Source: a virus
Taxonomy: Duplodnaviria > Caudoviricetes
Virus record (IMG/VR): IMGVR_UViG_3300037847_002600
Coordinates: 1 to 55,781 of that record
DNA length: 55,781 bases
Reading direction: 5' to 3' (one strand)
The notes beneath the pieces were generated by a model. It searched no databases. It was not told the origin of the DNA and was given only the letters and a program-made list of their open reading frames with translations. Position 1 is the stretch's first letter. Each line of letters starts with the position of its first letter. This document shows, piece by piece, positions 27,001 through 35,084 of the stretch. The position numbers were made by a program, and so were the translations under genes.

Positions 27001-27242
27001 AAGGTTCGCTTGGCGTTAGCCTCTTTGCGTAGATCTTTCTGTGTCTGGACCGACGGAATCTCTTCGGCGATCTTCTTGATCTGCTCATCCAGCTCGGGCA
27101 TCGACTGGGGCGCGGTCTCCAACGGGTCCATACTGGACGCTAGGGGGTTGCCCTTGCGAAGCTCCTCACGTACGAGACTAGCCGCCTTGTAGGCGTCCTC
27201 GTAGATCTTCATGAAGTCCGCGTTGTTACTGGGCTGCGCCAT
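21045..27242 (-). CDS. Large internal virion (ejection) protein, 2065 aa
   Basis: Very long helical ORF, last of a small/medium/large trio after the tail genes, as in podoviruses. Confidence 0.7.
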   Translation of the reverse strand: MAQPSNNADFMKIYEDAYKAASLVREELRKGNPLASSMDPLETAPQSMPELDEQIKKIAEEIPSVQTQKDLRKEANAKRTLFDTFRGQGLPMYSMVDDQQAALSRLLQRRNREDTEEARAALMQGLVESASETTGYTPDNFLYDQMKINRVDEDAATALQTWAMLNLHKKYESPEQMVKNIGADIKHQTELRKRAMELFAQRAQDQKVRDTIRPVFFDTEAGAQVLDAAPRFDKQTNKQVADASGNALERFIYNFDLPPSVMQRVQQGYATDIPTTDIQEALGDPLDVARHKTNLFYSMKDRKPSELYVPMNQDRFGRFYADMAVYENGIRVAAYRKKKRDAGYEGTIPPREVVEKLSAEAKAEARQLVAPLKSRNTLVAFRDPYGAAKDYTEGVGFRANVVKALQIAANVVTLGADKLLFDDFISDYIKLAGAVTLPRSSAGILMSEDFNRGYVREGDFFAPLLGEYAPTTFLDALVRLSTFEPIAATFTLANDDYAESGGSFYGRPGGVARNFLELMDSDRAIRRIAVGDKLGARFMNEVGDVFINPLLGEYGKNNPALGRAAGMIGGLIAYTLSPDALMGIGVAARGARPAVRGAKRALGAEYQQMTASDVPLLNRAIELATEKVGNVEDLDTDQMIEFNKVLRAEFKKSKTGGVHAYDYLAQFKATSDSSLNVPLTSGAGVEEALRFYKDLATKAREQFVSAQKKLDKINKAGNKQNAQRQRLTALQQILTGARQEADALEALLKTQRGLLKQGTRELSGMRKMVSGMKLSDDAPLTPTQIFDALRVKTGLTDIKTFALRNMDKTGKVGGVTAKSLTMRRLDGLIKASMPKSSPIADALKLQVKKVQGLRLARQQIQDELGLLQTNLVRRINKEMIGVRGLGKKAKIRPGETAVGLARVEAQVQKAASELDKKLDALKKKYDKAETERVIGEQLSDDTLARNVYISYINNLRDLTKGSTDLLTLPPSKYEELFEQVGPRMRKDLLAEPVRVASMRAIADEAPRIADMTDEEFVDTVLTAKGLVNLFREPLGYVNLTHKQQALLWQKPLAWAIRSTIQLDNILESFPVFRTNVRYLDIQIRRDADEAAKGMARVAQDVIDTMNLAVNNVRGVEAKQEAINLILTSVGRLEDLPYQYNFPLTPKAKITMTALAGFDKSLASTMVEGLIYDARMRKAAKGADRALFKPDDSLGPAITALIRDDSIVGAADFYSDLYPRIQSLVDSILLKNADTLLQADGETAMAALRNAIVTALRKVEDIKIDETAFANVKFSKAIVLGALQTRYAAKWNSIFGARFNETVGRSMNRMQGRGTEASTDYIPVTPTVGSYVILRQEMDAWNALVRKSAKASRTGLRTGKKREQVRSVLVEDKLSGVLGRPSRRINKIEDGMAHFNTDEPPVKLEDVFLRDTRVSMLDALDGFSLLGSRMMTTMGREKMRPLFGVVRDMYQRMVISSVDEAGNVLMTPRGSMVSFHNSLDKLSKEFGEQMSEAMLNPALYKVGATAIRVFNGFISFFKRHILYGLLNPRVAYFSNMHFGEYAQMADAVGPLEALPLSMQGALGSFPFAGKSLQNSYYAMSRQLPPGKIGLPTATAATFNGAIDRILRMSDETLYVGKDKQIVTGRQFYAEAMEDGVGEFLRGADFGEILEAEARRQIRNNPNAFFNVYDTVGGYQRILELKIREVTRRQRLLLYAHLRINRELPRDVARRMLLDSMYDWSFSVGRLERAMLGDFAFFYTLVKNGFAQQYRMLFEASSDESLKAYLAKYARGQTKVQRMQMISRFQSPYAGYVDPYEDLTPQQQRDTVGERNLSSFFADYPLISSMTVTPRQYRRMIETAGFGKQHVAFGMPKATTVEFAHSTANIAAYTSAILMAGMPGMDSVYSVNTKAATTGLIEELADSIANPIYGEMAKAIFFDARRPKSPYGRVLRPGDLAAIQTLRSMGLDFLVEVNPDSKDPRVKRLNLSGPPIMNELLFSILRTELLRSRTALAIAFPELTSPEIKALADDDPRKMRLYNIGNTINIGRTVFYNGENNQINDMKTAKEAVKLELKKMERQASAPLIKD

Positions 27243-29508
27243 CCTGTTTGCCCTCGTTTAGCTGCTTCAACATATCACGTCTGAGTATGTCTTGTAGAGA
27301 TACATCTTGTAGAGATACAGCTCCACTATCTATGGCGCTGGCCGATTTACGTGTGGATGCAAGGGCCTTGTCTCGCTCGGTCAACGGGGCTCGTGGTTTG
27401 TAGGCGTCGGGCCGGGGGATGTCTACACCACGGGCGGCAGGTATGGGACCTTCGATGACCTCTTTGGCCTCTTGCTCCGCTTGATCTGCCGGTACGTCGA
27501 TGGCTCGCATGTTTTCAAGGTTGGCCTTAACCACGTCTTCCATACCTGTGTCTGGGAGTAGATCGACTTCCGCATCGGACAACACGGGGCCACCCTGAAC
27601 ACCGCCGCCTGCACGTCGTACGGTCAGATCACCCATGCGCGACTCTAGTTCCGCACGGTCCGCTTCATCTTGCGTGATCGCCCCCACTTTGACAAGGTGT
27701 TCCAAGGCACCGGGCAACATAGGCTGTGCACTACCGACTTGCCGGATTTCCTTAAGGGCTTGGCGTCCTTGTTTGCGTTGATCTCGTAACGCACGGCGAC
27801 CTAGAATCGCAGCCGCCTTCAGCTTCTGAGCAGGCGTACCGGGCATGTTGATGAAGTGAGGGCTCGACAGGATTTGTTGTTGTAGGTCCGCGAACTCTGG
27901 AGCATCAGGCCGACTAGACATGGCGTTTATCAACGCGAGCTTTCGTAACTCCAAATGATTAAGATACTCAGCCTCGGACGCTACTTTCTCTTCGGTAATA
28001 CCGTACATCATCTGTGCCATTTCCATGGCGGTACCTAGGTCCCTTGCCGCTAGGCCTGAGGCCAAGCCCCCGTACAGGGAGATCAACTTGCTAGCTGTTT
28101 CTTTATCGACACCCGCACGACGCTCAAACGCTTCTGCGAGTTGCTCCGACTGCATCAGCGCTTGTCCGGGGTTTGCCATCATAATCTGTTGAAACGCCGC
28201 ACCTACGTTATTGGTTACGCCGGGAAGCTGTCCGTAGATGCCCCGAACGTACTCGTAAATAACGTTCTCAGGGTAGCCACCTTCAAGGGTCTCACCTTCT
28301 ACTGCGGCAATACCGTCAAGGACCTCGCCTGCCACTTCAAGCACCCTAGGGTTAGCTTCTTGTGCCTGTTTCACAACAGAGACAACAGAGTCCATGTCAT
28401 ACTTTACGGCTAGCTCTCGAATAATAGTCTGCGGGTTCTCACCGGCTTCGTGAGCTTTGAGCACGTCATCTATAGCGCCGCGAGCTTCGCTTTGATCCAT
28501 ACGCTTAAGACCACCGCCACCGCCACCTACGAGGGCCTCGAAGAACGCAAGGTACTTGTCGTTGGCTTCGCGTCCCTTCTGCCGTTCGGCTGCGGCTAGC
28601 TCGCCGAAGATCTTACGCATCGTCAAACCAACTTCGGTACGGCGGTCCGACTGCTGTGTCCGCATGCGTTCGATGCTATCGTTGATCAACTTGATTTGGT
28701 TCTGGTAGCGTTGATTCTCTATTTGCTCAAGCTTAAGGTCTCGCATCGCATCGGCTTGTTGTTGCTGCGCAACCAGCCCGCCTGACAGGAAGTTGGAGAC
28801 AGCTTCGTTGACCTTGCGTTTTCTCGTTTGGAAGAACTGCTTGGCAAGCTCTGTCGGAGGCACAACAGTGACTGTACGCTCGCCGGTTTCGGGGTCAATG
28901 CCGCGCTCAACAAACTGATTTGGGTTCATCGGTTCCGGCATACTGATGCTGGGGTCTGCGGCACCTGCCGAAGCGACGTTAGCGGTAACACCCACAGGGG
29001 CCGCAAGCGAATCCACCGCGTCGCGGAATGTATCCACATCAACAGTAACCTTGTTGCCTCCGACACTGCCTAGAGGGTTGTTACCTTCTGCGTCAGGCAC
29101 TGCGGCGAACACGTTGCTCAAAGCTTTCATCAGAGGCGCAGGGTCGCCACCTTCGCTGATAAACGTCTTAAAAGCGTCTAGCTCGCTGATAAAGCTAACC
29201 GCCAACTCGTCCTGTAGTTCCTGACTGAAGGGCTGGCTCGTGTCGATGTTGTAGGTTTCGACCAAGCGACCGAGGGTCTCTGGGATAAACTGATACGCAC
29301 CTACCGCATACGCGTCGCCCTTCTGCTGGTCCATCACCTCTTGGACAGTCATCTCCGTAAGAGGCTTACCAAGCATAGCTTCGGAACCGCCGGGTGTATC
29401 GCCAGCGGTGCCTTGGTTGATCGCGTTGTAGCCGTCTGGACCGGACTCACCCTGTCGGATAATCGCCAGCAAGTCTTCAAAGTTTACCTTGGGGACTTCG
29501 ACTGCCAT
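27226..29508 (-). CDS. Internal virion protein with N-terminal lysozyme/transglycosylase-like domain
   Basis: I..GES...GYNA.N.G...LT.MT..EV..Q..AVGAYQFIP.TL...FS.E.QD.LA. Confidence 0.75.
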   Translation of the reverse strand: MAVEVPKVNFEDLLAIIRQGESGPDGYNAINQGTAGDTPGGSEAMLGKPLTEMTVQEVMDQQKGDAYAVGAYQFIPETLGRLVETYNIDTSQPFSQELQDELAVSFISELDAFKTFISEGGDPAPLMKALSNVFAAVPDAEGNNPLGSVGGNKVTVDVDTFRDAVDSLAAPVGVTANVASAGAADPSISMPEPMNPNQFVERGIDPETGERTVTVVPPTELAKQFFQTRKRKVNEAVSNFLSGGLVAQQQQADAMRDLKLEQIENQRYQNQIKLINDSIERMRTQQSDRRTEVGLTMRKIFGELAAAERQKGREANDKYLAFFEALVGGGGGGLKRMDQSEARGAIDDVLKAHEAGENPQTIIRELAVKYDMDSVVSVVKQAQEANPRVLEVAGEVLDGIAAVEGETLEGGYPENVIYEYVRGIYGQLPGVTNNVGAAFQQIMMANPGQALMQSEQLAEAFERRAGVDKETASKLISLYGGLASGLAARDLGTAMEMAQMMYGITEEKVASEAEYLNHLELRKLALINAMSSRPDAPEFADLQQQILSSPHFINMPGTPAQKLKAAAILGRRALRDQRKQGRQALKEIRQVGSAQPMLPGALEHLVKVGAITQDEADRAELESRMGDLTVRRAGGGVQGGPVLSDAEVDLLPDTGMEDVVKANLENMRAIDVPADQAEQEAKEVIEGPIPAARGVDIPRPDAYKPRAPLTERDKALASTRKSASAIDSGAVSLQDVSLQDILRRDMLKQLNEGKQDGAAQ

Positions 29509-29516
29509 GTTACCTC

Positions 29517-30155
29517 CTAGCCGGTGGTGGGCACGCCACCAAAGTTAAAGATACTCATCATGTCGTCTTGGAAATCAAAAGCTTGGGCCGCTGTCTGTTG
29601 GTTCATCTGATTAGCTTGGGCGTTGTACGCACGAGCCTGTGCCTCTACCGCTTTCTGCTGGGCCTCAGCACGCTCTGTATCCGCCGCATAGTTGAGTAGG
29701 TTCAGTACTTGATCTCGTTGTGCCTGTTGTGCCTTCGCAACCATCTGCGCCTGCTGGCCGACTGCGGCTTGTCCTGCCTGCTGAATGCTTGCCTGCATCT
29801 GACGCGCCATCTCTGGGTTCTGAGCCGCAGCAGCGTAGTCGTTAGGGTCTAGTGCTTGCGTCATCGCCGCGACGTTCTTAGCTTGCGTCTCTGGACTAAA
29901 ACCAGCGACCTCAGTAGGATTAGCTTGAATGCGTTCCGCTTCTTTACGGGCGAAGTAAGCTGCTCTATCTGCGTCAGTAACCTTGCCCCCGGAGATACCA
30001 CCTGAGATGCCCCCGATGAGGCCTCCGACAATCGCGCCCGGAGCGCCAAGCACAGAGCCGTACTGGGCCCCTTGCATAGCGCCTTGCCCAATGCCACTCA
30101 TAATGTCGTCGCCTTTCTGGTAACCCTCTGGACCCTTGCTTACTTTGTCTGCCAT
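29517..30155 (-). CDS. Small ejection/DNA-transfer protein
   Basis: Glycine-zipper hydrophobic segment followed by a Q/A-rich coil. Confidence 0.6.
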   Translation of the reverse strand: MADKVSKGPEGYQKGDDIMSGIGQGAMQGAQYGSVLGAPGAIVGGLIGGISGGISGGKVTDADRAAYFARKEAERIQANPTEVAGFSPETQAKNVAAMTQALDPNDYAAAAQNPEMARQMQASIQQAGQAAVGQQAQMVAKAQQAQRDQVLNLLNYAADTERAEAQQKAVEAQARAYNAQANQMNQQTAAQAFDFQDDMMSIFNFGGVPTTG

Positions 30156-30913
30156 TATGAATCTCCATACTTAAAGTATATATATTGCATCGACCGCGCC
30201 CTGACACGGGACTGTTTTATATCTTGGTGCTGACAGATGCGGAGTCCCGCTGAGTGGTACCCCGCAGACAGGGCAGGGATGCTACGTCCGTCGATCCAAC
30301 AATGTCCGGACCAGACACGTGATTTGTATCTGTCTTGTAGGTCATATTCAGTCTCACCTAAGTACACATCCCCTACGTACCTAGTAAAAGGGGTCGTGTT
30401 GAGATTATCTGATAGGTGATATGTAGTAGAGTCATCTATAAACAAAGCGACATCTGTCACTGCGTTCTGCACACCAAGTTGTGGGTCGATACCGGTAGAT
30501 AGCCCTGCGTTGTCGTTGGTCCACGTAATCGACCAAGTAAGCAGCACATACGCGTCAAACGGCAAGTAGAACTCTACGTTTGCTCCGGGAATAGGTAGGT
30601 ACCGCTTTGAGTTTAGAGGCGGGTAACCAACACCGGGGAAGTGCCCCCCACCACGCGACATGTAGTTAGGGTTGCCCGAGAAGTAGTCTAGGTTAGCTGT
30701 GCCTGCGGTGCCACCGCCACCGCTCAAAGCTCCGGGCTGGACGAAGTTATAGCCGGGAGGCTTGCCGCCAAAAGAGGATACCATATTCGTCGGGCCTAGC
30801 CGCCCGTTGATGACCTCTAAGCTATCCCCATTTACCTCGTAGAAGGTACGGTATAGGTCATCGGAGACCTCCATCGCGCCCGGTGGGAATGTAGGTGGGA
30901 AGACTTTTGGCAT
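30155..30913 (-). CDS. Putative tail-associated protein
   Basis: In the tail module; INGRLG..N anchor-like motif, beta-rich body. Confidence 0.6.
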   Translation of the reverse strand: MPKVFPPTFPPGAMEVSDDLYRTFYEVNGDSLEVINGRLGPTNMVSSFGGKPPGYNFVQPGALSGGGGTAGTANLDYFSGNPNYMSRGGGHFPGVGYPPLNSKRYLPIPGANVEFYLPFDAYVLLTWSITWTNDNAGLSTGIDPQLGVQNAVTDVALFIDDSTTYHLSDNLNTTPFTRYVGDVYLGETEYDLQDRYKSRVWSGHCWIDGRSIPALSAGYHSAGLRICQHQDIKQSRVRARSMQYIYFKYGDS

Positions 30914-30914
30914 A

Positions 30915-31724
30915 TCACACCTTGCATTGAATAGGGATGGCGCTCAAGGTTGCTTTACCTATAACGATGAAGCCGCCGTCGGACAAGAAGAAGCCGGGGT
31001 CGAGCGCGGCAGGGAAAAACTTTACCGAGCTGACTTGAAGCTTAATCTTGTTGATAGGAGCGTCATACTGCAAGTCTTCTCGTCGTATAACGGTTCGGAT
31101 AGCTACGTCTTTGAAGGAATCGTCGTCCGTATCAAACGTACAGACGTGGGACACTGCCCCGGCGAAGTTGAAAGTGGTGTTCTCTAGTTCGGAGATCGCC
31201 AAGCCGGGGGAGATGGTTCGGTTAGACTTTTCAATGTTATCATCAGTTATGCCAGAACCGACAGGCTCTACTGTAATCGAAAAGGTAACTTGGATAGCAT
31301 CTTCGATGGCGAAGTGCCCGAGTGTTGAAGGGGGCACGGTAAGTTTCTCCCCCTCTGAGTTCAGGAACCGTATTACCTGAATGTTGGCGAGTACCAAAAT
31401 CGCATTGACGCCTTGATCGGGGTCCGAGAAGTCTATCGGGGTAACAAAGTCGATAACTGGCTGCGGTAACAGTCCGCCTGCTGTTGTATGTGTTGCTGGA
31501 GGCACCCGCGCATCAGTACTCAAGCTACGGGTCAAAATCTCAGCCGCTGGACCGGCTCCCGCAGCACCGATTGGCGTGGGCACGTGCTCCGTTCGCAACG
31601 CTCCGAGGGCGAACTCCTCACGAGTCAACGCGTTGAGGGTGTCCGTAACAACAGTCGTACGTTGGTTCAAGACCGAAGCTACATACGGGGTACCGTCTTC
31701 GAGGTATTCAAACTTGATACTCAT
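30915..31724 (-). CDS. Putative tail-associated protein
   Basis: Tail-module position; beta-rich. Confidence 0.6.
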   Translation of the reverse strand: MSIKFEYLEDGTPYVASVLNQRTTVVTDTLNALTREEFALGALRTEHVPTPIGAAGAGPAAEILTRSLSTDARVPPATHTTAGGLLPQPVIDFVTPIDFSDPDQGVNAILVLANIQVIRFLNSEGEKLTVPPSTLGHFAIEDAIQVTFSITVEPVGSGITDDNIEKSNRTISPGLAISELENTTFNFAGAVSHVCTFDTDDDSFKDVAIRTVIRREDLQYDAPINKIKLQVSSVKFFPAALDPGFFLSDGGFIVIGKATLSAIPIQCKV

Positions 31725-32497
31725 TATCTAGTCAACTCCAACGCAAAAAGTTCACGCGACGAAATGGCTGCTACGTTTTTACCTATTCCGTTAGAGGACA
31801 GGATGTTCTGTACGGCTACGTTTACGGTGTGTTGGCCCGGTTCGAGATCGACCACTGTGTCTAAGACGATTGCGTTGACTGCACCCTGCACACCGCCGCC
31901 TCCCTTAGGATAAATCTTTATGCCAGCAGCGGTAGTGTCGCTAACATTACTCTCGTCGTTGTAGAAGTCATTGGTCGGGTCTCCGCTGCCAACCAGCGAC
32001 TCACTTAGTACCGAGCCGTCCAGTTGCAGCGCAAGGTTGAAGCCGAAGCCCTTGCGGTCCCTGTAGTGGTCTAAGATACCTCCCGCTGGAAACGGAGGAC
32101 TGTCCCGGTCAGCACCTACAGGGTGGTTGTGCAGAGTAAACGACGCACATAACCACGTAGGTCCTCCACGCGAGGTAAACGTCAGGGTTAGTCCGTCGGC
32201 GGAGAATGTCTGGTACGACGGGGTCGCCCGAATACGTACCCAGTTTGTAGGTAGTGACGCCCCCAGCTCAACGGTGTTGGTGCCGCTGTTTACGTCCTTG
32301 AAGCTGTAATATAAGCGCAAGGCGTAGCCGGGGGCGAGAGACGGACGTTCAACGATAAACCCGTCGCGGGCCGAGAAGTTGTGTTCATTTAGGTAACCAT
32401 TGGCCTCGTCTACCACGCTTAGGTAGTTCTCATTGACTGCGATGTTATCAACCACGTACTCTGCGGCGATAGGGTTTGGTGGGTATTTCCATGCCAT
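31724..32497 (-). CDS. Putative tail-associated protein
   Basis: ATG at 32497 after AGGAGG; ANGYLNEHNF anchor-like motif. Confidence 0.6.
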   Translation of the reverse strand: MAWKYPPNPIAAEYVVDNIAVNENYLSVVDEANGYLNEHNFSARDGFIVERPSLAPGYALRLYYSFKDVNSGTNTVELGASLPTNWVRIRATPSYQTFSADGLTLTFTSRGGPTWLCASFTLHNHPVGADRDSPPFPAGGILDHYRDRKGFGFNLALQLDGSVLSESLVGSGDPTNDFYNDESNVSDTTAAGIKIYPKGGGGVQGAVNAIVLDTVVDLEPGQHTVNVAVQNILSSNGIGKNVAAISSRELFALELTR

Positions 32498-32505
32498 CGT
32501 ACCTC

Positions 32506-34830
32506 CTAAGGCGGTGTCATCGCGCCGCCGCGATCTCGTGGGGCCACCACAAACTCTAGCCCGACGAACTCCCACAGACCTTCGCCGCTGATACGAAGCT
32601 TAAAGGTCTCGTTAGACGGTACGTAGATCTGCGCACGCGTCCAGTATGGACGACGATCAACAAACAACGCGTCGGGTGTGTCAAGAGGTGTCTTATCAAA
32701 GAACGTAGGCACGTCTTCGCTAGAGTAACGACGCGCTGTGGTAGTCTCGACAGTAGGGCTGCGCCAGTCTCGGAGTACCTCGATCTTCAGATTGGACGTG
32801 GTCGTCTCACGCAACCACAGGTTCACGACGTGCGCTGTCGTACGTATCTTAGACACCTGCCCCTGAATCCAGTTCGTCTCGATGACCGCTGTTCTGCGGT
32901 CTGCGAACTTCGTCAGTACGCCATCCTGACGGTTGCCACTGTGGTCAAGGACAAACACGCCGTTATGAAACTCATCATCCGTAACTTTGCCTGCGACGAC
33001 CATGTAGTTTCGGTGATCTCGCGTCGTACATACCGCCTGAGCTTCAACATCTGTACGTGTACGCCACCCTGTACCATCAAAGATGTAGCAGAGGTTGTTT
33101 GTTACCGAACCGTCTACGGACACCCAGCAGCGGTACTCTCGGGTCCGAACATCGTAAGCTGCAACTGCTTGTTGTCTACGTCCGGAGGTTAGTCGTCGGA
33201 GCTGCTTACGGATGCTTTCGGATAGGTACCGTACTTGGGAACCGTCATAGCTGTAGAAGCCGTCGTCGTTGAGCCACACAACAGTACCGTCTGCTAACGC
33301 CTTGATGGAACTAGGAGCGGAACAGCCGATTTCGGAAGACACGGGTGCGGACTGAAAGCTCTTACCGTCTTCAGAAGGAACGATGATAAACATACTCTTC
33401 CGTGTAAAGGCAAGGAGGCCCCGGTTGACGGCTTTGAGCCCTGTGATCTCGCCGCCAGCAGGATCAGGTGCGAAGTCCTCGCCCGCTGCGAACGTGCCCC
33501 ACCGGCCCACCAAAGAGGGCCTGAGCATGCTTGGGTCGTTCCTAAAGTTGCCGACCCACAGGCGTCCCATGGCGACTTCGCATATACGAAACGCAGGTAC
33601 TGGGTCGATCTCGCGTGCTTTAGCTGACAGGTACACGTCTGAGATGTTGTCGGGGTAGAACGAGGTCACGTTATCCGGTAGCGTTGCGAAAGCCGAAGCT
33701 ACGCCGGTGGCGTCTTGGGGAAGCGAGAAGTAGTCCGCCGAACCAGAGTTAAGTAGGTCTTTTGTACGGTACAGGATGCGGCCTCGGGTATGCTTCGGAC
33801 CCGATGGGATGTTAGTCCAACCGATTTGTTTGTGCATACGCGTAGCGGATACTAGGTCTACCTTGCCGTTATCGTTGTTTTTCGGGATGGCCGAGGGCTG
33901 AAAGTCAAACGTCACCGATGCCGAGGGTTCAGAGATAGCGGACAGGTTACCGAAGTGATCGACAAACTGGACACGGCAGCGATACTCACCGGGGTTGAGC
34001 CAACCTGTGTCGGCGGACTCGTTTTTAAGGTCTTCATCACCGTCGGTGTCTAGCTCAAACGCGGTAGCGTCAAACGTCAAAGGAGTAACCGTGCCCACGT
34101 GGCACTGACCGAAGCCTGCGGTCATACCAGAGCGGTAGTAGTTGCGTCCCGGATCGAAGTTGTTGTACCCGTACTTGGTACCGTCATGGGAGTAGGCCCT
34201 GTCGTTGATACCGCCACCATCAGACTCTAGCTTGTCCTGAGAGCTAGCGGGCCCCATACCTTGCGGTGCACCGGGCTTTTGTCGGAAGCCCAGAGGGCAG
34301 ATCTGTTTGCCGTCGTAGAAGTAACTACGGTAGTCTTGTGCGACGATAACAACCCCGTTGCCTGTCGCCACAAACTGCGTCGGAAACTGAGGTTGCGTCG
34401 TGTCCTTAAGGTCGCCACGTATGCCGATGCCTTCGGCGGGAGCAGAAATCAACTTACGCCAGTTGCGATCCCAGCCCGTGAACTCCCACAGCTCGTTGCC
34501 AGTGTGCAACAGTAGGATGTCACGGGCCCCGTTCTCGACAGTACAGTGGAAAATACCATGCATGTTCGCTTGATAGAGGATCGAAACACCAACACCACCT
34601 GCTGGTCGGTCGTCCGACGGAGGCCTACCATACGTGTCTAGGGTCAATCCATCAGAACCAGTCTTGTCGGCGTCAACCAGTGCCGCAGGGCCCACGACGG
34701 AACGCAGAGTACCTTCTTCCATAGGAACAAGGTTCTCGATCTTCTGGGCAACCTCGTTAGGCAAGATCAAGTTGCCCGCTTGGGCGCGTAGTATGTATGG
34801 CCCTAGGGTTTTCGATCCTGCCTTATTCAT
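32506..34830 (-). CDS. Tail nozzle / stabilization protein (T7 gp12, P22 gp10-like)
   Basis: 774 aa, beta-propeller-like; GGEITGL, SEIGC.AP.S, VWL..DGFY.YDG motifs; follows the adaptor. Confidence 0.75.
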   Translation of the reverse strand: MNKAGSKTLGPYILRAQAGNLILPNEVAQKIENLVPMEEGTLRSVVGPAALVDADKTGSDGLTLDTYGRPPSDDRPAGGVGVSILYQANMHGIFHCTVENGARDILLLHTGNELWEFTGWDRNWRKLISAPAEGIGIRGDLKDTTQPQFPTQFVATGNGVVIVAQDYRSYFYDGKQICPLGFRQKPGAPQGMGPASSQDKLESDGGGINDRAYSHDGTKYGYNNFDPGRNYYRSGMTAGFGQCHVGTVTPLTFDATAFELDTDGDEDLKNESADTGWLNPGEYRCRVQFVDHFGNLSAISEPSASVTFDFQPSAIPKNNDNGKVDLVSATRMHKQIGWTNIPSGPKHTRGRILYRTKDLLNSGSADYFSLPQDATGVASAFATLPDNVTSFYPDNISDVYLSAKAREIDPVPAFRICEVAMGRLWVGNFRNDPSMLRPSLVGRWGTFAAGEDFAPDPAGGEITGLKAVNRGLLAFTRKSMFIIVPSEDGKSFQSAPVSSEIGCSAPSSIKALADGTVVWLNDDGFYSYDGSQVRYLSESIRKQLRRLTSGRRQQAVAAYDVRTREYRCWVSVDGSVTNNLCYIFDGTGWRTRTDVEAQAVCTTRDHRNYMVVAGKVTDDEFHNGVFVLDHSGNRQDGVLTKFADRRTAVIETNWIQGQVSKIRTTAHVVNLWLRETTTSNLKIEVLRDWRSPTVETTTARRYSSEDVPTFFDKTPLDTPDALFVDRRPYWTRAQIYVPSNETFKLRISGEGLWEFVGLEFVVAPRDRGGAMTPP

Positions 34831-34832
34831 GG

Positions 34833-35075
34833 TTACGCCTTCTTCTTAGGACGCCCCACGTTAGGAGAGGCGGGACGCCCGATCAACTTAAACTGTGCCC
34901 ACCGGTCGGTGTCTGCAAGGACATGTTCCTCGGCAACTCCGCAAAAGCGAATAACGCCACGCTTCGTGCCGTTTAGTATAGTAACCGCTAACAGCACACC
35001 TTGCAGCGTGCGTCCTGCACTATCCTGAGTCTCGTATACACCACCACAGATCATAGGTGTGTTCTCTCTTGCCAT
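34833..35075 (-). CDS. Hypothetical protein with GRPKK tail
   Basis: GGAG RBS; lies between adaptor and nozzle. Confidence 0.6.
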   Translation of the reverse strand: MARENTPMICGGVYETQDSAGRTLQGVLLAVTILNGTKRGVIRFCGVAEEHVLADTDRWAQFKLIGRPASPNVGRPKKKA

Positions 35076-35084
35076 AACGTCTCC

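Noticed and set aside
27290-27319. 15-bp tandem duplication (VSLQD x2), plus TTP repeats near 51300-51336
   Set aside because: In-frame slippage in low-complexity protein regions, with no sign of phase variation.
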